Assembly (NCBI RefSeq): GCF_963921235.1
Contig: NC_086097.1
Coordinates: forward strand, 125,614,001 to 125,678,000
Length of the DNA: 64,000 nucleotides
Direction of reading: 5' to 3'
Origin: Mobula hypostoma
Taxonomy: Eukaryota
The notes under the pieces: model-generated
The model's input: only the letters and a program-made list of their open reading frames with translations
Databases searched by the model: none
What the model was told of the DNA's origin: nothing
Part shown: positions 48,369-62,734 of the stretch, one piece after another
Position numbering within the stretch: the first letter of the stretch is position 1
How the letters are laid out: each line of letters opens with the position of its first letter
Position numbers and translations under genes: made by a program

Positions 48369-51300
48369 GTCTGCCTACTTGAATTGAACTTGATGAGCTG
48401 AATCCGGAGAGCACCCAGAGGTCAAATCCTTACGTGAACTTTATCTTCCTTTGTCATCTTCCACAGGAATCTGCAGCTTACTCCTAAATGCCACGTGTTC
48501 TGAGAGATCCAGCAGCAACTGAAAAGGCTCCTGTTTAAAGTTCCCGCTTCTTCTGCTCCAGTTGCAAGGGTTTTACTCACTAGCACAAGGCAACAAGAGG
48601 ATGTTTTCTATAATGGGGGAATCTAGAACTAGAGGGTGCAGCCTTAGTACACAAGGATGTCCCTTTAGAACAGAGATGAGAAGGAATTTCTTTAACAAGA
48701 GTGGTGTATCTGTGGAATTCAATGCCGCAAGATGGCTGCAGAGGACCTCTCAAATCCATTCTCCTGCCTTTTCCCCGTTACTTTTGGCGCCCTTACTAAT
48801 CAAGAACCTATTGAACTCTGCTTTAAATATACCCAATGACGTGGCCTCCACAGCCATCTGTGGCGAAGATTTCTACAGATTCAGCACCCTTTGGCTAAAA
48901 AAATTCCTCCTCATCTCTGTTCTAAAGGGACATCCTTCTATTCTGAGGCTGTGCCTTCTGGTCCTAGACTCCCCCACTATAGGAAACACCCTCTTGACAT
49001 CCACTCTTATCTAGGCCTTTCAATATTCAATAGGTTTCAATGAGATCCCACCCCTCATTCTTTTAAACTCCAGCGAGTACAAGCCCAGATACATCAAATG
49101 TTCCGTATACGTTAACCCTTTCATTCCTGGGATCACTCTCATGAATCTCTAGTCTGTCTTCAAAACCAGGAATAGCAAACTAAGAAAGTTAAGTTCACAC
49201 CTCACACCTAGCAGAAACACCTGGAGATCCCATGCAAAAAAAAGGTCCAGAGAATTTTTTTCTTAAGAAATTGTAACGGTTTGCCTTTGATTTTTCAAGA
49301 TTCAAGATTAAGTAATACATACATATTATTTTATCATTATATCACAATTATCATATTTTTCATTTGCACATTGGCTGTTACTGGTATTTGATAATGTAGT
49401 TTTTCATAAATTCTATTGTATTTGTTTATTTTCTTGTAAATAGAATAGACTGGGATATAGCAAGTATGTAATACTGAGGCTTTTTAAGGCATTGGTCAGA
49501 CCACGCTTGGAGAATTGTGAGAAGTATAGGGTCCCTTATTTGAAAACCGAAGGCTCTAAGGGCCCGGCAGACCAAACACGAATTTCAGAGGTGAGATGAC
49601 AGATGGAGAGTCAAAGCAGCCCTTGCTTGACCAAGTGTAGCATCAAGGGATCCAGGGAAAACTGAAGTCAATGTCTGTGTAGGGGGAAAACCCCTAGTGG
49701 TCAAAGTCACACCTTACACAAAGGATATTGTTATTGGAAGTCAAAGATCCCAATCCCCAAATGTTACTGCAAAAGGTCCCTGGGACAGCATCCTGGCCTA
49801 TCCATTTCCAGACAGAGCAGCAATGAAATTCCTTCCATCGATACATGAGATACGAGGGTGTTCACTGTTTCCATTCACAAACCCTTGGCAAATATTGTAG
49901 CCCATGCCTCTCTGGCCAGGGTCAACCAAGCAGCTAAACATAAACAACATTCATGCACAGGCTGATAAAACACCAGCAACTTTTGCACCAGAGAAGTAAA
50001 GGTCGGTGAGCATATCCAACAAGGAGTCTAACCATCTTACAAGATGATAAGAGGCATAGATCGAGAGGACAGCCAGTGACTTTTTCACCAGAGTAGAAAT
50101 ATTTAATACCAGGGGTCATAATTTTAAGGTGATTGGAGGGAAGTATAGGGAGGGATGTCAGAGGTAACAAGAGCAAAGCAAGACCCATTCCTCCCTCCCA
50201 CTCACTCACTCATTCACATACACACTCCTCCAACTCCTGGACAGGCCGATTTGGGCCTCCAGCCTCCACTGGACTTGGACTTGCAGACATTAGGCCTTCG
50301 ACTTCCCCAGAAGACTCACAGAGATACTCAGACGCAGGGATCCGGCCATCGGCCCTCAACCTCCAGACTTCCCTTCGACCTTTTGGCTGCGATCTTCAGT
50401 ATCAACCCAGGACTCACCATTGATGACAAATGGTGGCCCTTGTTGTGGACCCAAGCATTAGGACAAGCTGATGAAGGGACAGCAACACAAGGCCTCGAAC
50501 TCTGGTCTGGCGTACCTGGGGGCATCACCGGCTCTCTTGCCCTTATGGGACTCTGGTCCTGGAACCCGCCGACAATTCACTGAACTGGGAAGAGGCCTCC
50601 AGCCCTCTTCCTCACTGATTTGCTGGCCCAACATTCGATCACAGATGTCCTCCATCTACGTCACTGAGCTTCAAATGCAGAGCAGATGACTAGACTCTGG
50701 CCAGACCTCTAACTCCCCTCTCTTTCCCCAAACCTATCCTTACAAACTTAAAAAGGAACAGAAACAAACAACAAAGTCTGAACCATAACCTCGACAGAGC
50801 CTGCAGCTTGGCGCCATCTTGGCCGGAAGCAAGTCTTGGCAATACAGTACATCAGCAGACATTCTTCGTCATGGAAACCCTGCCCAGCAGTATTGTGGGA
50901 ATACCCCAAGCAGAAGGGCTGCCGCAGTTCAAGAAACAACTAATCACCAGGCTAACCAGGGAAGGGCAATAAATGTTTTTTTTTAAATTATTGCCAGAGA
51001 TGTCCTGATCTCCAAAACAAATAAGCTTTTTTAAAAGAATGGCACCAAAATCAGCCACTGCAACTCTGTATCAATGGGCCGTGACTTGGGGCCGCACAGC
51101 AGCATTGCAGTTGGCGTAATGGTGTAATGCTATTACAACACCAGTGACCTGGGTTCAATTCCCGCCACTGTCTGCAAGGGGTTTGTACCATACATTCTCC
51201 CCGCTAACTGCACGGATTTCCTCCAGGTGCTCCGGTTTCCTCCCACGTTCCAAAGACGTACAAGATAATCGGTCACATGGGTGCAAACCATGCTGGGTGG

Positions 51301-52242
51301 CTAAATAAAAATAAGTAAATAAATGATCCACAATTGGTGGGAGGAGTTAAAAATAACAAAGGGAATTGGTATGGCAATTTATTTGAGGCTTTGGATACTT
51401 AAGTCACAGTAGGTCCTTTTATGGTGTCTGGCCGGCCCGTGGTGCTATGAGTTCTGGCGTCTGCCTGCCAGTACAGGGATTAAGTGGGGGGGGGGTCATT
51501 CATCCAAATATCAGCACCCAATTCATAACTCTCTCCTTCCAAGTGCACTCTTCTACCCAACCGGAGGCAAGTAGCTCCGATATCCTAAATACCCTCAAGT
51601 GAGGAGAAGGAATTCTCACTTGGCTGGGTGTTACAGACCTCCCTCTATGGGGCCAGCCCACTTTTTGTGATGAGTAAATTGACCTGACCAGAGATTGGCT
51701 TCTGTGGGAATCTGAAGACCAATACGCAACTAACCACAGTGAGTACATACAGAGTTTATTAGTTACGGCCATAAAGAAATGATTATAAATGACTATAAAT
51801 GACCACTAATGACCATAGCAGATTTCTTTACTGAGTTACATTCAGAACAAAGAAGCAACATTTAAGAAAAACAACAGTCTCGGTCTCTGAAACCTTCGCG
51901 ACTCATCCTCCAGATGACTTTAAAAGGATGGGCCTTTCCTCCAACTCGCCCACATCACTATCCATAAACCTCAGCCTGATCCCCACCTACCTTCTCTGTT
52001 CCCAAAAAAGTCCCTACAAACCTAAACTTAAAAATAAAGAGAGTAGGCCATTTGTTCAGTTGACTGCACCTCTTCAGTTCCCTGTAACCTCATCAGTTTC
52101 CCACATCTATCAATTCCATCCTGCTTCTCCTGCACGAGAGGTACTTAACAACGGCGGCTCAGCCAGTCAATTGGTCTTTGGGACTTGGGAGAAAACCCAC
52201 ATGGTCACAGGGAGAATTGCAAACTCCATGCATTCAGTGTGG

Positions 52243-54187
52243 AGTTTGCAAGTACGGAAGAAGAACTGCAAAACTTAATTGATATAGTTGTTGAAGAAAG
52301 TGCAAAAATGGGTCTATCTATCAACTGCAAAAAGACAGGATGTATGGTGATATCCAAAAAGAAGGAGAATCCTATCTGCAGGCTGAGAATAAATGGGGAA
52401 GACATAAAACAAGTAAAGAACTTTTGCTACTTAGGAAGCTGGGTGACATCAGATGGCAGGTGCGACATAGACATCAAAAGAAGAATTAGGATGGCAAAAG
52501 ACACCTTTACGAGAATGAAACAAGAATAATAAATACAATTTACCTAGATCTCACTTTTTTAGATATTTACAGGTTAGAAACTTTTTAATTACTGTTTCTC
52601 CTAATTTTCCACATTTATATCCAATGGATATTTTGGAAAAAAATTTAGATTTAAATCTTTTTCTGAAAGGTGTTGTAGCAGTTATTTATAATATAATAAT
52701 GAATTTATGTCCTGATGTATCTAATAAAATTAAAACTGATTGGGAAAGAGAACTTAAGATCACTGTACCGATTGAAAAATAGGAAAAAATTCTTCAATTA
52801 GTTAACTCATCCTCTATATGTGCTAAACATGCATTGATACAGTTTAAAGTAGTGTACAGGGCTCATATCTCCAAAGATAAATTATCTCGTTCTTACTCTC
52901 ATATAAATTCTATATGTGATAGATGTCATTCCGAGATAGCTTCTTTAACTCACATGTTTTGGTCATGTCCTTTGTTGAAAAAATACTGGAAAGATATTTT
53001 TGATATTATTTCAACGGTTTTGAATATAGACTTACAACCTCACCCAATTACTGCTATTTTTGGGTTACCAATCAAATCATTTAACCTCTTCAGCTCGTCG
53101 GATGATTGCATTTCTTACTTTAATGGCAAGAAGATCCATTTTGCTGAATTGGAAAGAAATTAATCCTCCTACCACATTTCATTGGTTTTCTCACTATGCT
53201 GTGTTTAAATTTGGAAAGAATTAGAAGTGTTGTTTATGACCCCTCTATCAAATTTGAAAAGGCTTGGAGGCCATTTATTCAACATTTTCATATGATGTAA
53301 TTTGACCATATCCAAACTTATTTTACTTCTTTGTAATATTGGTTGAGAGGAACGGAGTCGTCGACACTAAGGTTTTCTCTTTTCTCCTTTCTTTTACAAT
53401 GTTACAAAGCAGCCCGTGTCTTTTTTTTAGTTTAGTTGATTAATTCTGATTAGATTAGTTTTTTTTGGGGGGGTGTTATTATTTTTTTTCCTTTTTCATG
53501 TTTTTTTTAGATATTTTTCTTTGTTTTATATTATTCATTTGTATCCTGTATGATTGGGAGTTTTATTATTTAAGTGTTATCTGTTTTTGTAATCACTTAT
53601 GTTAATTATAACAATGTATTCCCAATAACTTTGTACTACTACCATGTTATGTTTATTTTTATGAAATTAATAAAAAGATTGAAAAAGAGAGAGAATGAAA
53701 AGTATACTGACCAATACTAAACTAGGTATGACAACCCACCTCAAGAGTACTGAAATGTTATGTTTATCCAGTTATGTTATATGGCTCAGAATGTTGGACA
53801 ATATCTAGTAACATGAGGAAACGAACTGAAGCAGCAGAGATGTGTTTTTTGAGGAGGATGCAAAGAATATCATGGACAAAACGAATATCTAACGAGGATG
53901 TCATGAACAGAGCAAATACAAAATGAGAAATAATGTATGAGATCATGAAAAGGCAACGTAACTTCATTGGATATGTGATTAGGAAAGAGGAGTCAGAATG
54001 CATGGTAATTATGGGAAAGATTGAAGGGAAGAAAGCAAGAGGAAGACAAAGACAAATGATGATGGAGACAGCAGCCAGAGAACTGGAAATGAATACCAAT
54101 GAATTGATCCACTTGACCCGAAACAGGAGTGTGTGGGCCATGGCAGTCAAAGCTCAAACTGGGCATGGGACCTGATGGTGATGATGA
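52243..54187 (+). mobile_element. RTE-clade LINE 3' portion interrupted by an L1 fragment
   Basis: ...FCYLGSWVTSDGRCDIDIKRRIRMAKDTFTRMK resumes after the insert as SILTNTKL...MLYGSECWT...GKIEGKKARGRQR; (TGA)n tail. Confidence 0.9.
52521..53690 (+). mobile_element. L1/Tx1-clade LINE 3' fragment
   Basis: IQFKVVYRAH...CDRCHSEIASLTHMFWSC (CCHC knuckle); T-rich 3' UTR, AATAAA and A-rich tail. TSD gagaatgaaa (52511-52520 / 53691-53700). Confidence 0.9.
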
Positions 54188-55337
54188 CACAGACAGTGTT
54201 AGAGATGAGGATTGAACCCAGATTGCTGGAACTACCTAATGCACCACACTCCTTGAAATGACTTCACACTAGAATAGTGAACATCAGAATAAAGGCTTGG
54301 AAGCAAATGGCATTTATGGTATTTCATCCCACTCCTATCAGGGGAAGAAGCAACGCAACATCCACCCGAGGACCACCAGACTCAAAAGCAGATATTTCCC
54401 CCAAGCCGTCAGGCTGATCAACACCCACGAAGCCACCCACCACTACATTCACACATTGCCTCCTTACATACAATCAGTCTATGTATGTAACACTGTGTTT
54501 TATTGGATTGCTTCATATTTAAATTTATTGTGCTTTGTTTTGTTATTGTGTTCTTTATGCTGCATCAGATCCGGAGTAACAATCATATTGTTCTCCTTTG
54601 CTCTGGTGAACGACAATAAACAATCTTGAATCTTCGTTCCATCTCTAAGTACAACATTTTGTTTATACCGCATTCTTCTTTCATCCACTTTTAAGGTAAA
54701 GTATTCGTCAGTTCTACAATTTATACATGTGCTGCAAGACTACTTTCTGCTCTTTGTTGATTGTTGCATGGTTTGCTGGTGCTGTACGTCTCCTAAGAGC
54801 CATATGCTGACGTTTTCAGCCATTGTGAAATTAATTAAGTGCACATGCACATATGACAGAAATATTCTGGAAAATGTCCCTCTGCAGCAACTTCATCTCG
54901 CAAAATTTATAATCCAGCAGCTTCAGGCAATGCACTTTATTGCTGGAATATTTATTTAACTTGGACAGTGAGTCCTAAAATAGAGAAGAGCCATCTATTA
55001 ATAGAAATCAAATCCTTTATTTAATAGCCTGAATCCATAAACAGTCACAGCTGTCCCATTTTAAATTGTGCGGTGTTGCGTAGCTCAAAGCAGCTTAAAT
55101 CACAAATATTATGTGCTCTGCCAGTCCTGCACTTTAATAGGCAGAAAGTGGACAGAAAGGTACGGGTAATTTCCACAAATAACACTTGCATTCAAATTGT
55201 TGAGAGGAAATTATAAGGGAAACACTCAATCTTCAAAAGATGTAACTAAGCTATGGAATGAATCAGATAAAATGTTGATCAAAGATCAGGAGTAAGAGTT
55301 ACAAAATACACATGGACTAAGATGTTAATTGTCCTGT

Positions 55338-56395
55338 GCTATCATCAGTGGGATCATCAGTTGATCTGCCACCTGCCTTCAGGAGTTTCGGCCCGCTTAT
55401 GATCAAGACTCCCTCAAGGTGGTGGGCCAGCAGTGCTAAAGCACCACCTCCCACTGGTGAGCTTAAAAACTTGGCATCTGCCTCTATCAGTCACTTCCAT
55501 CCAACAGATAGTCTGCTCTTCAGGTGTCTATGCAACTACTGAAGGGTTTGCAAGATATGTATACGCTATCTGACTATCTGCCCCTCTGGACATACTTGGT
55601 CCACACCCATGCTGATCCTGTCTCTGCTGCCTCAGCTACAGCCCTGCTGGTTGACTTGATCTCTCTTCTAGTGAAGCCAAGGTCACGCAGCCACTTCTGG
55701 AAAGTGAACGCAATAAACCCACGGCAGCCTACTTCGAATGGATAGCATGAGACCTTCCACCCTCTGTCTCTGCACTCTGATCTTAATTCTGCATACTTGG
55801 TTAACTTGTGCTCATGGGCTTCATCGATGTTGTCTTCCCAGGGGACTGTGAGTTCACCAATAATCACTTCTCTGCTGGTGTCAGACCATACAAATATATC
55901 TGGATGCAATGTGGTGAAAGCTATTTGCTCCGGGAAACTGCCTTTCCCATCCAGGTCAGCCTTGACACACCAATCATTGGCTGAAGAAAGTGTGCTTGAT
56001 CGTGAGCCTGTGCTGTACACCCTTGACTTGGAGCCTTCTTTCACAAATGATATGCGATGTTCTGTGCAGCATGGGGCATGAGATAAGTTGTGTTGCAGTA
56101 CTCTCTGCTCAACCGCTTCTGTTACAACTTTGAGAACGTTGTTATGTATCCAAGTGTACATGCTGCTGGAAAGATTGACTCTGCAAGCACTCAAAATATG
56201 TTGAAGTGTTCCCTTCTCGCCACATGCAGCACCTGTCTGTCTTACCTTCATACCAGGTGCTGAGGTTGGCAGGTGTTGGGAGCAGATCGTACGCTGCTCT
56301 GCATAGAAAAGAAACGCGGAGCGATTCCATCTGCCACAGAACATTCCAAGATAGATGTCATTGTTCAACACTTTCCCAACGGGTCCAAGCCCCTC
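55338..56395 (-). mobile_element. Hero-clade (R2-like, restriction-like endonuclease) retrotransposon 3' fragment
   Basis: GAWTRW..., FLCRAAYDLLPTPANL, (C)xxCGEKGTLQHILSAC, YTWIHNNVL, LHPDIFVWS, GELTVPWEDN, KLTKY, EVGCRGF, AETGSAWVW. Stop at 55574; 'actgatgat' repeats end the 3' UTR. Confidence 0.88.
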
Positions 56396-56400
56396 GTATG

Positions 56401-56733
56401 ACCATAAGACCATAAGAGATAGGAGCAGAATTGCACCATTCGGCTCATTGAGTCTGCTCCGCCATTCCATCATGGCTGCTTTATTATCCCTCTCAACCCC
56501 ATTCTTCTGCCTTCTTCTAACCTCTGACACCCTGACTACTCAAGAACCTATCAAACTCTGCTTTAAATGTACCCAGTGACTTGGCCTCCACAGCCACCTG
56601 TGGCAATGAATTCCACAGATTCACCACTCTCCGACAAAAGAAATTCCTCCTCAACTCTGATCTAGAAGAATGTCCTCCTATTCTGAGACTGTGTCCTCTA
56701 GTCCTAGATTCTCCGACTATTGGAAACACCATC
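56401..56733 (-). mobile_element. CR1 3' fragment
   Basis: FPIVGESRTRGHSLRI...FFCRRVVNLWNSLP; (accataag)n tail. Confidence 0.88.
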
Positions 56734-57261
56734 TCAAACTGCCTACTTAGACTGCTTTCCCTGGACTGTCAGAGGCTGAGGGACAAGTATATAAAATTAT
56801 GAGAGGCAGAGATGGATAAAATAATGGGGGCATTTCTTTCCAGGGTGGAAATATCAACTACTAGAGGAGACAGGTTGAAGACGAGAGGAGAACGGAGACT
56901 TACGAGGCAAGTTTATTCTCGTACTGAGTGAGTAGGTGCATGGAAGGGGCTGCCGTACCACCGGGCTCAAGGACAGCTTCTATCCTGCTGTTAGACGACT
57001 CTTGAATGGACCATTCTAGATGAACAACTTTTATTGGTGACACAACAATGGAAACCACGAGGAGTTTCAAACTCCTGACAGTGCACATTTCCCACAACTT
57101 CTCATGGTCCCAGAACGCATCCTCGCAGTCAGGAAAGCTCACCAATGCCTCTGCTCTCTGAGGAGACGGAAGAGAGCTGGTCACCAATAGTCACAACCCT
57201 CTACAGATGCAGAGTGGAGAGCATCCTAACATGCTGCATCACTACAGGGTAGGAAAATGTG

Positions 57262-57264
<3 letters not shown>

Positions 57265-57301
<37 letters not shown>
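57265..57301. repeat. (AT)n microsatellite inside a Rex fragment
   Basis: Directly visible. Confidence 0.95.
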
Positions 57302-57305
<4 letters not shown>

Positions 57306-60300
57306 CACACACAGAAAGGTACTGGGAAAAGGCCAGCTATATTGCGAAGGATCCCACGCACCCTGCGCTGTTTGTCCCACTCCCATCAGGGGAGAGGCTA
57401 CCTAGCATCCACACCAGGACCACCAGACTTAAAAGCAGGCACTTCCCCCAAGCCGTCAGGCTGATCAACACCTCCACTCACTAACACACTCCACCATCCC
57501 CCGCCACCAGTATGAACACATAGCCTAGCATCACTTTAATTAGCCTATCGTACCACTGGGCTTCGACTTCTGAGGTTAAGAGAGTGGAAATGCCCCAGTG
57601 TAACAGCATTTCCTCTCCTGCACAGGTCTCCTGTCAATCTTGCACAACTTGTTTGGTAGAATTACTTTTATACTTGTATTGATTGTGTTCTTTTGTTTAT
57701 TTTTATTGCATTCTTTCTGCTTACTGTGTGTTTTTATGCTTCATCAGACCCCAAGTAACAATCATTTCACTCTCCCTTACACTGGTGTACTGAAGAATGA
57801 CAATCCCTTGACCTCACAAGTGACCTCGTCGTGGTCCTTGCATCCTAATGTCTACCTGCACTGCATTTTCTCCAGAACTGTCTATGTAACACTACGTTCT
57901 GCATTCTATTTTTGCTTTTCCCTTGTACTGCTTTGATGTACTTGTGTTTTAAAATGATCTGTAAGGATGGCTCGCAAATCTTAATGTTTCACTCTATCTT
58001 GATGCACGTTCAATATTAATAAAACAAAGCAATTCCAGAGGAGGGATGGAAGTAGATATGATAACAATGTTTACGATGCATTTAGACTCGCACTTGAACA
58101 GGCAGGGATTGGAGAAATATAGACCATGTGCTGGCAGATGTCAAGGATCAACTTTATTCACCATCTACAGTTACATGAATTGGGAATTTGCTGTGGTGTG
58201 TTGAGGTGACATGCAACAAAAAATATTCAATGTTTATAAAGTAAAAGAATTATATAAAAATAAGTTAGAGGTTAAAAGTACAGATATGGAATAAAATGTG
58301 CATAAATACATAAATACCAGCATGTATTTACAATGTAAACAACATTATAAAAAGTGGTTTCATGTGTTTACAATGATAGAGGGGGATGGGGGGAGGGGCC
58401 CGAAATATAATGGCTGCTCAAATTAAATGCCTGGGGAAAGAAACTTCCAAGTTTTTTGTTTAATAGCCCTATAGCACTGTCCAGAAGGGAAGTTTTAGAG
58501 AAGACAGGGTGAGTCGTGTAATGATTTTCCCAGCCTGCTCCTCTCTCCTGGACACATACAACTCCCGCGGTGATGCTAGACTGCAGACAATGTCCTTTTC
58601 TGCTGACCTGACAGTTCACTGTCGTTGTTGTACATTGTGTGAGAACACTGCACCAAACCAGACAGTAACGGCTGATGTGAGGATGCACTCTGTGATGGCA
58701 GTGTAGAATTGCACCAGTTGGTTCTGGGGAAGATGAGATGTTACCTACTGCCACAAGAAGTGTGCAGTTCAAAGGAACACCCTGGTCAGCACAAACATGG
58801 TGGGACAACAGACCTGTTCCTGTGTTAGAGTGTTCTATGCTCTATTGTGCATATACATGGCCTTCTCTATTATTAATGTTAACACACTCCGCGGAGACCT
58901 CCAGTAAGATGGCGACACTTATACATGCAGCCGCCTCTCGGGGGCCAACCAAAGGTAATTTTTTTTCTTTGTTCGTTGTATTTTTATACATTGAAAACTA
59001 CTAAAAAAGACGGGCAGTGAGGAAGCAACATCGCCTCGGTTGCAGCAAGGGCTAGCAGGCTTGTGTTGTAGCCCAGCATCCAGGCCCAGGTAGCTGCTCC
59101 CATGGGTGCTGCCCTCCAGCGTTGGATTGGTGGAATTACAGGTTGGACTGCCAGGGTCCATCAATTTGTGCAACTTGTCATTCAGGGTCTTGGACTAAAA
59201 ATGTGTTTTCTTACATGGCTATGTTCTTTTATTTCCCTTTCTCGTTATTTTGGATACGAGTGTATGTTTTTACACCTTGGCCCCAGAGGAACGCTGTCTC
59301 GTTCGGCTATATCCATGTTATGGCTTTAGTAACAAATAAACTTGATTTGATTTGAGACACACTTCCACGAACTCTACAACTGAAGTATTATTTGGTTTTT
59401 TTTGCACAATTTGGCTTCTTTTGCACATTGGTTGCTTGTTAGTCAAGCAGTGAAACAATCACGAACAGCAAACCAAAAGAGACAAATATTACGCTCCAAA
59501 ATTTGAGTAGAAACAGCTGGGGAACACATGCTAAAATGCTTCAAGTTTTACTTTGTCAGAAATTATAATGAGTTGTCTTTGATTTTTATAGAGAAAATTA
59601 GTGACTGCTTTCTGCTTTTGGAGTTGTATTCATCAAGACAAATGTAAGAATTCTATCACATTCATATTATTTTATCATACTATTATCTTATTTTATTGTT
59701 TAATTTGCAGTTTGTCATCTTTTGCACAAGGGTCGTTAACAGTCTTGTTTATGTATAGTTCTTCTTAAATTCTATTGAATTTCTTTATTTTCCTGTAAAT
59801 GACTGCAAGAAAATGAATATGAATACGTACTTCGATAATAAACTTCCTTTGACTATAACTGAGAACTGCTTGAAAATGTTATTTTATTTTGGTTGCAAAT
59901 GACACTGCAGAGTCTATGAACCTACGATGGTTTAAAGGCATTTTCGTCACCCCAAAGCAGTGTGCGTGCTGAGATTTTCCTCCTCACCCTCTCTGAACAT
60001 GATATTCTTGCAGCTCCTTCCCCACACCAAACATCGGCCTGCTATCCCACCACTCGCCTCTGCAGACGCTGGCTCCACTGTATGACATTACTCTTGGGAA
60101 ACCAAAACTCCTGTGTTTAAAAATATTCTGTGCCCTTCATCTTCAGAAGCACAGAAGACTCTGTTGTGCAATTCCCGAACATCTGTGCTCCTCCGGGAGC
60201 CCTCTTCTATTCAATTAATATTATGCAAATTGTACTGGGAAACCCAGAGTTCGAGGCTTAGTGTTCAGTGATTGGAGTGTCTCTGGGGTTGAACCGAAGA

Positions 60301-61904
60301 TCAAAGCCAGAGGGTCACATTGGAAGTCCAGAAGCCGAGGCCCACTGGTCAGAGTCCCAGGTCTGCAAATAACTGCGAGGCCACTGCATTAGCCAAAGCC
60401 CAATGTCTGCAAGCCTGAGGCTGAATCCAAATCCACTGGAGGCTGGAGGCCAAAGAAGACGGCCTGTCCTGGGGCTAGAGGACTCAGCATGTGCGTAGGT
60501 GGGAGGGAGGAACAGGACTAGTTTTGCCGTTGTCGTTCGGTTGTTTGTTGTGCTCTGTGTTATCCTGCCAGGCATGGTCGTTATGCTACGTTGGCTTCGG
60601 AATGTGTGACGACATTTGGGAGCAAGGGCAGGAGGAGGGGCACCAGGGGCAGGTGAGGAGAAGAGAAGAGGTACAAGGAGAGTCGGACTGGGGAATGAAA
60701 CAAAGGGAGGTGGTGGGAGTGGGTGGGGGAAGAGAAAAAGCCACCTCCTTCCATTGTCATCTCTTATCAGATTCTTTCTTCTTTAGACCTTTACCTCTTC
60801 CACCTATCTCCTCCCAGCTCCTCACCATCCCCTGTTTCCCATCCACCTAACTTCCCCCTCGCCTGGTTTCATCTATCACCTGCCAGCTCCTACTCCTTCT
60901 TCGGGCTTCTTCCCCCTTCCTTTCCAGTCCTGATGAAGGGTCTCAGCCCGAACCTTCATCTGTTTATTCCCCTCCATAGATGCGACCTGACCTGCTGACT
61001 TCCTCCAGCATTTTGTGTGTGTTGCTCTTGATTTACGGCGTCTGCAGAATCTCTTGCGTGTCCATCACCATATCTCTGCTCAGCATCTTAACGACAGAAG
61101 CATCTTGGCAGCATCCTAATCTGATGTATTACGGTTTGGTACAGCAACTGTTCTACTTGGGACCACAAGGGACTGCAGAGCTTTATGGGACACAACTTGG
61201 CACATCATGGAAAACAGCCTCCCCTCCATGGGCTCCGTCTGCACATCCTGCTACCTCATTAAAGCAGCTAACGTAATCAAAGATCCCACACACCCCAGAC
61301 ATTCTCTATTCCCCACCCTTCCATCAGAATAAGACACACAAGCCTGAAAGCATGCAACCCCACGTTCAAGAACAGCTTCTATCCCACTGTTACAATCCTC
61401 CTGGAAGTTACGATGGATTCTTGATCTCACCACCCACCTCATCACAGCCTTGCATCTTACTGTATGCCTGCACTGAACTTCCTCCGAAGCAGCCGTGAGT
61501 CTGCCTTCTGCTACTGCCTTCCCTGGTACTGCCTCACTGCAGAGGTGAGATGAAATTATCTGCTTGAATGCCATTCAAAGTTTTTCACTCTGTATCAGTA
61601 CATGCAGCAACAACAAATGGCAAAGTCCAAGCCAAAAGCAATAGCAGTAGGAACACCCCACACACTGGCAACTCCAGTCTAATGGTTATACATTCAGAGA
61701 AAGGTTAGGAAAATATATTCATAGTAAGACTACAATAATCAGAGCTTTTATGGTTTAATCTTCTGGATTCCTACCCCCACACACCTTTAATTCAATTTGT
61801 CAAGGAACGCAGGAAGTTGGGCAGGCAGCACAGGCAGCATCATCTGGTAGCAGACTGTACAGTGGACTGCAGGACCAATAATATGTTTTGCAAGTGTAGA
61901 TTTT

Positions 61905-62138
61905 TACTCTGCTATGGACAGTCCCAAGCACGGGTGCAATAGGAGGAGGGTTGGGCATGAGGCTAGCAAACCCATCATGTAAAAACCCAGAGCTACTGAA
62001 GCTCCAAAGACTTCAGTCCTGAGAGAGGAAGGGTCTTTGATGGGCTGCACCTTGGACAACTGAAAGACTGGCCCAGTACAGAGGACGCTGGTGAGCTACT
62101 GTCAGTGGCCTATGCTTCAGCAGGGGTGATTGGCTTAA
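61905..62138 (+). mobile_element. Probable bipartite RTE-derived non-autonomous element
   Basis: The 5' 'gtcccaagcacggg...aggaggagggttgggc...gtaaaaa' and 3' 'gactggcccagtacagagg...ggcctatgct' resemble RTE ends, from memory. Confidence 0.4.
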
Positions 62139-62734
62139 AAAGTGTAGATCTTTATAGAAGCATACAGTAGTCCTTTATGTAATGCAAGGAATGCAACGGT
62201 CAATTTGCATACAACAAGCTTCCACTAACTTTACGGTGATAATAAACAGATAGCCTGATTTTAGTGACGCTGAAATAGGATTTTCTCTCTGGAGCAAAGC
62301 ATGATGAGAGATGACTTGATAGAGGAGTACAAGATGATAAGAGACATAGATCAAGTGGACAGCCAGGGACTTTTCCCCAGGGTGGAAACAGCTAATACGA
62401 GGGACATAATTTTAAGGTGATGAACGTATAGGAGCCTAGTTATTGGCTATATTTAAAGTGGAGTTTGACAGGTTCTTGATTAGTAAGGGTGTCAGAAGGC
62501 AGGAGAACGGGATTGAAACGGATGATAAATCAGCCATGATGGAATGGCAGAGAAGACTCAATGGACCGAATGGCCTAATTATGGCCCTATGTCTTATGGT
62601 TTTTGTGCTCCGGAATGGGATCTGAACTCAGTATCTTCTCCCTCAAGAAGCAGACCTACTAATTAAAGTGCTCCTGAAGCCTGTGGGAAACTAAGAAATG
62701 GTTCAAATATATTTTAACGTTCAGTTTTGCAGAT

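Noticed and set aside
48440..48540. Strong splice acceptor (tcttcctttgtcatcttccacag)
   Set aside because: All three downstream frames stop within about 20 codons and no donor is evident.
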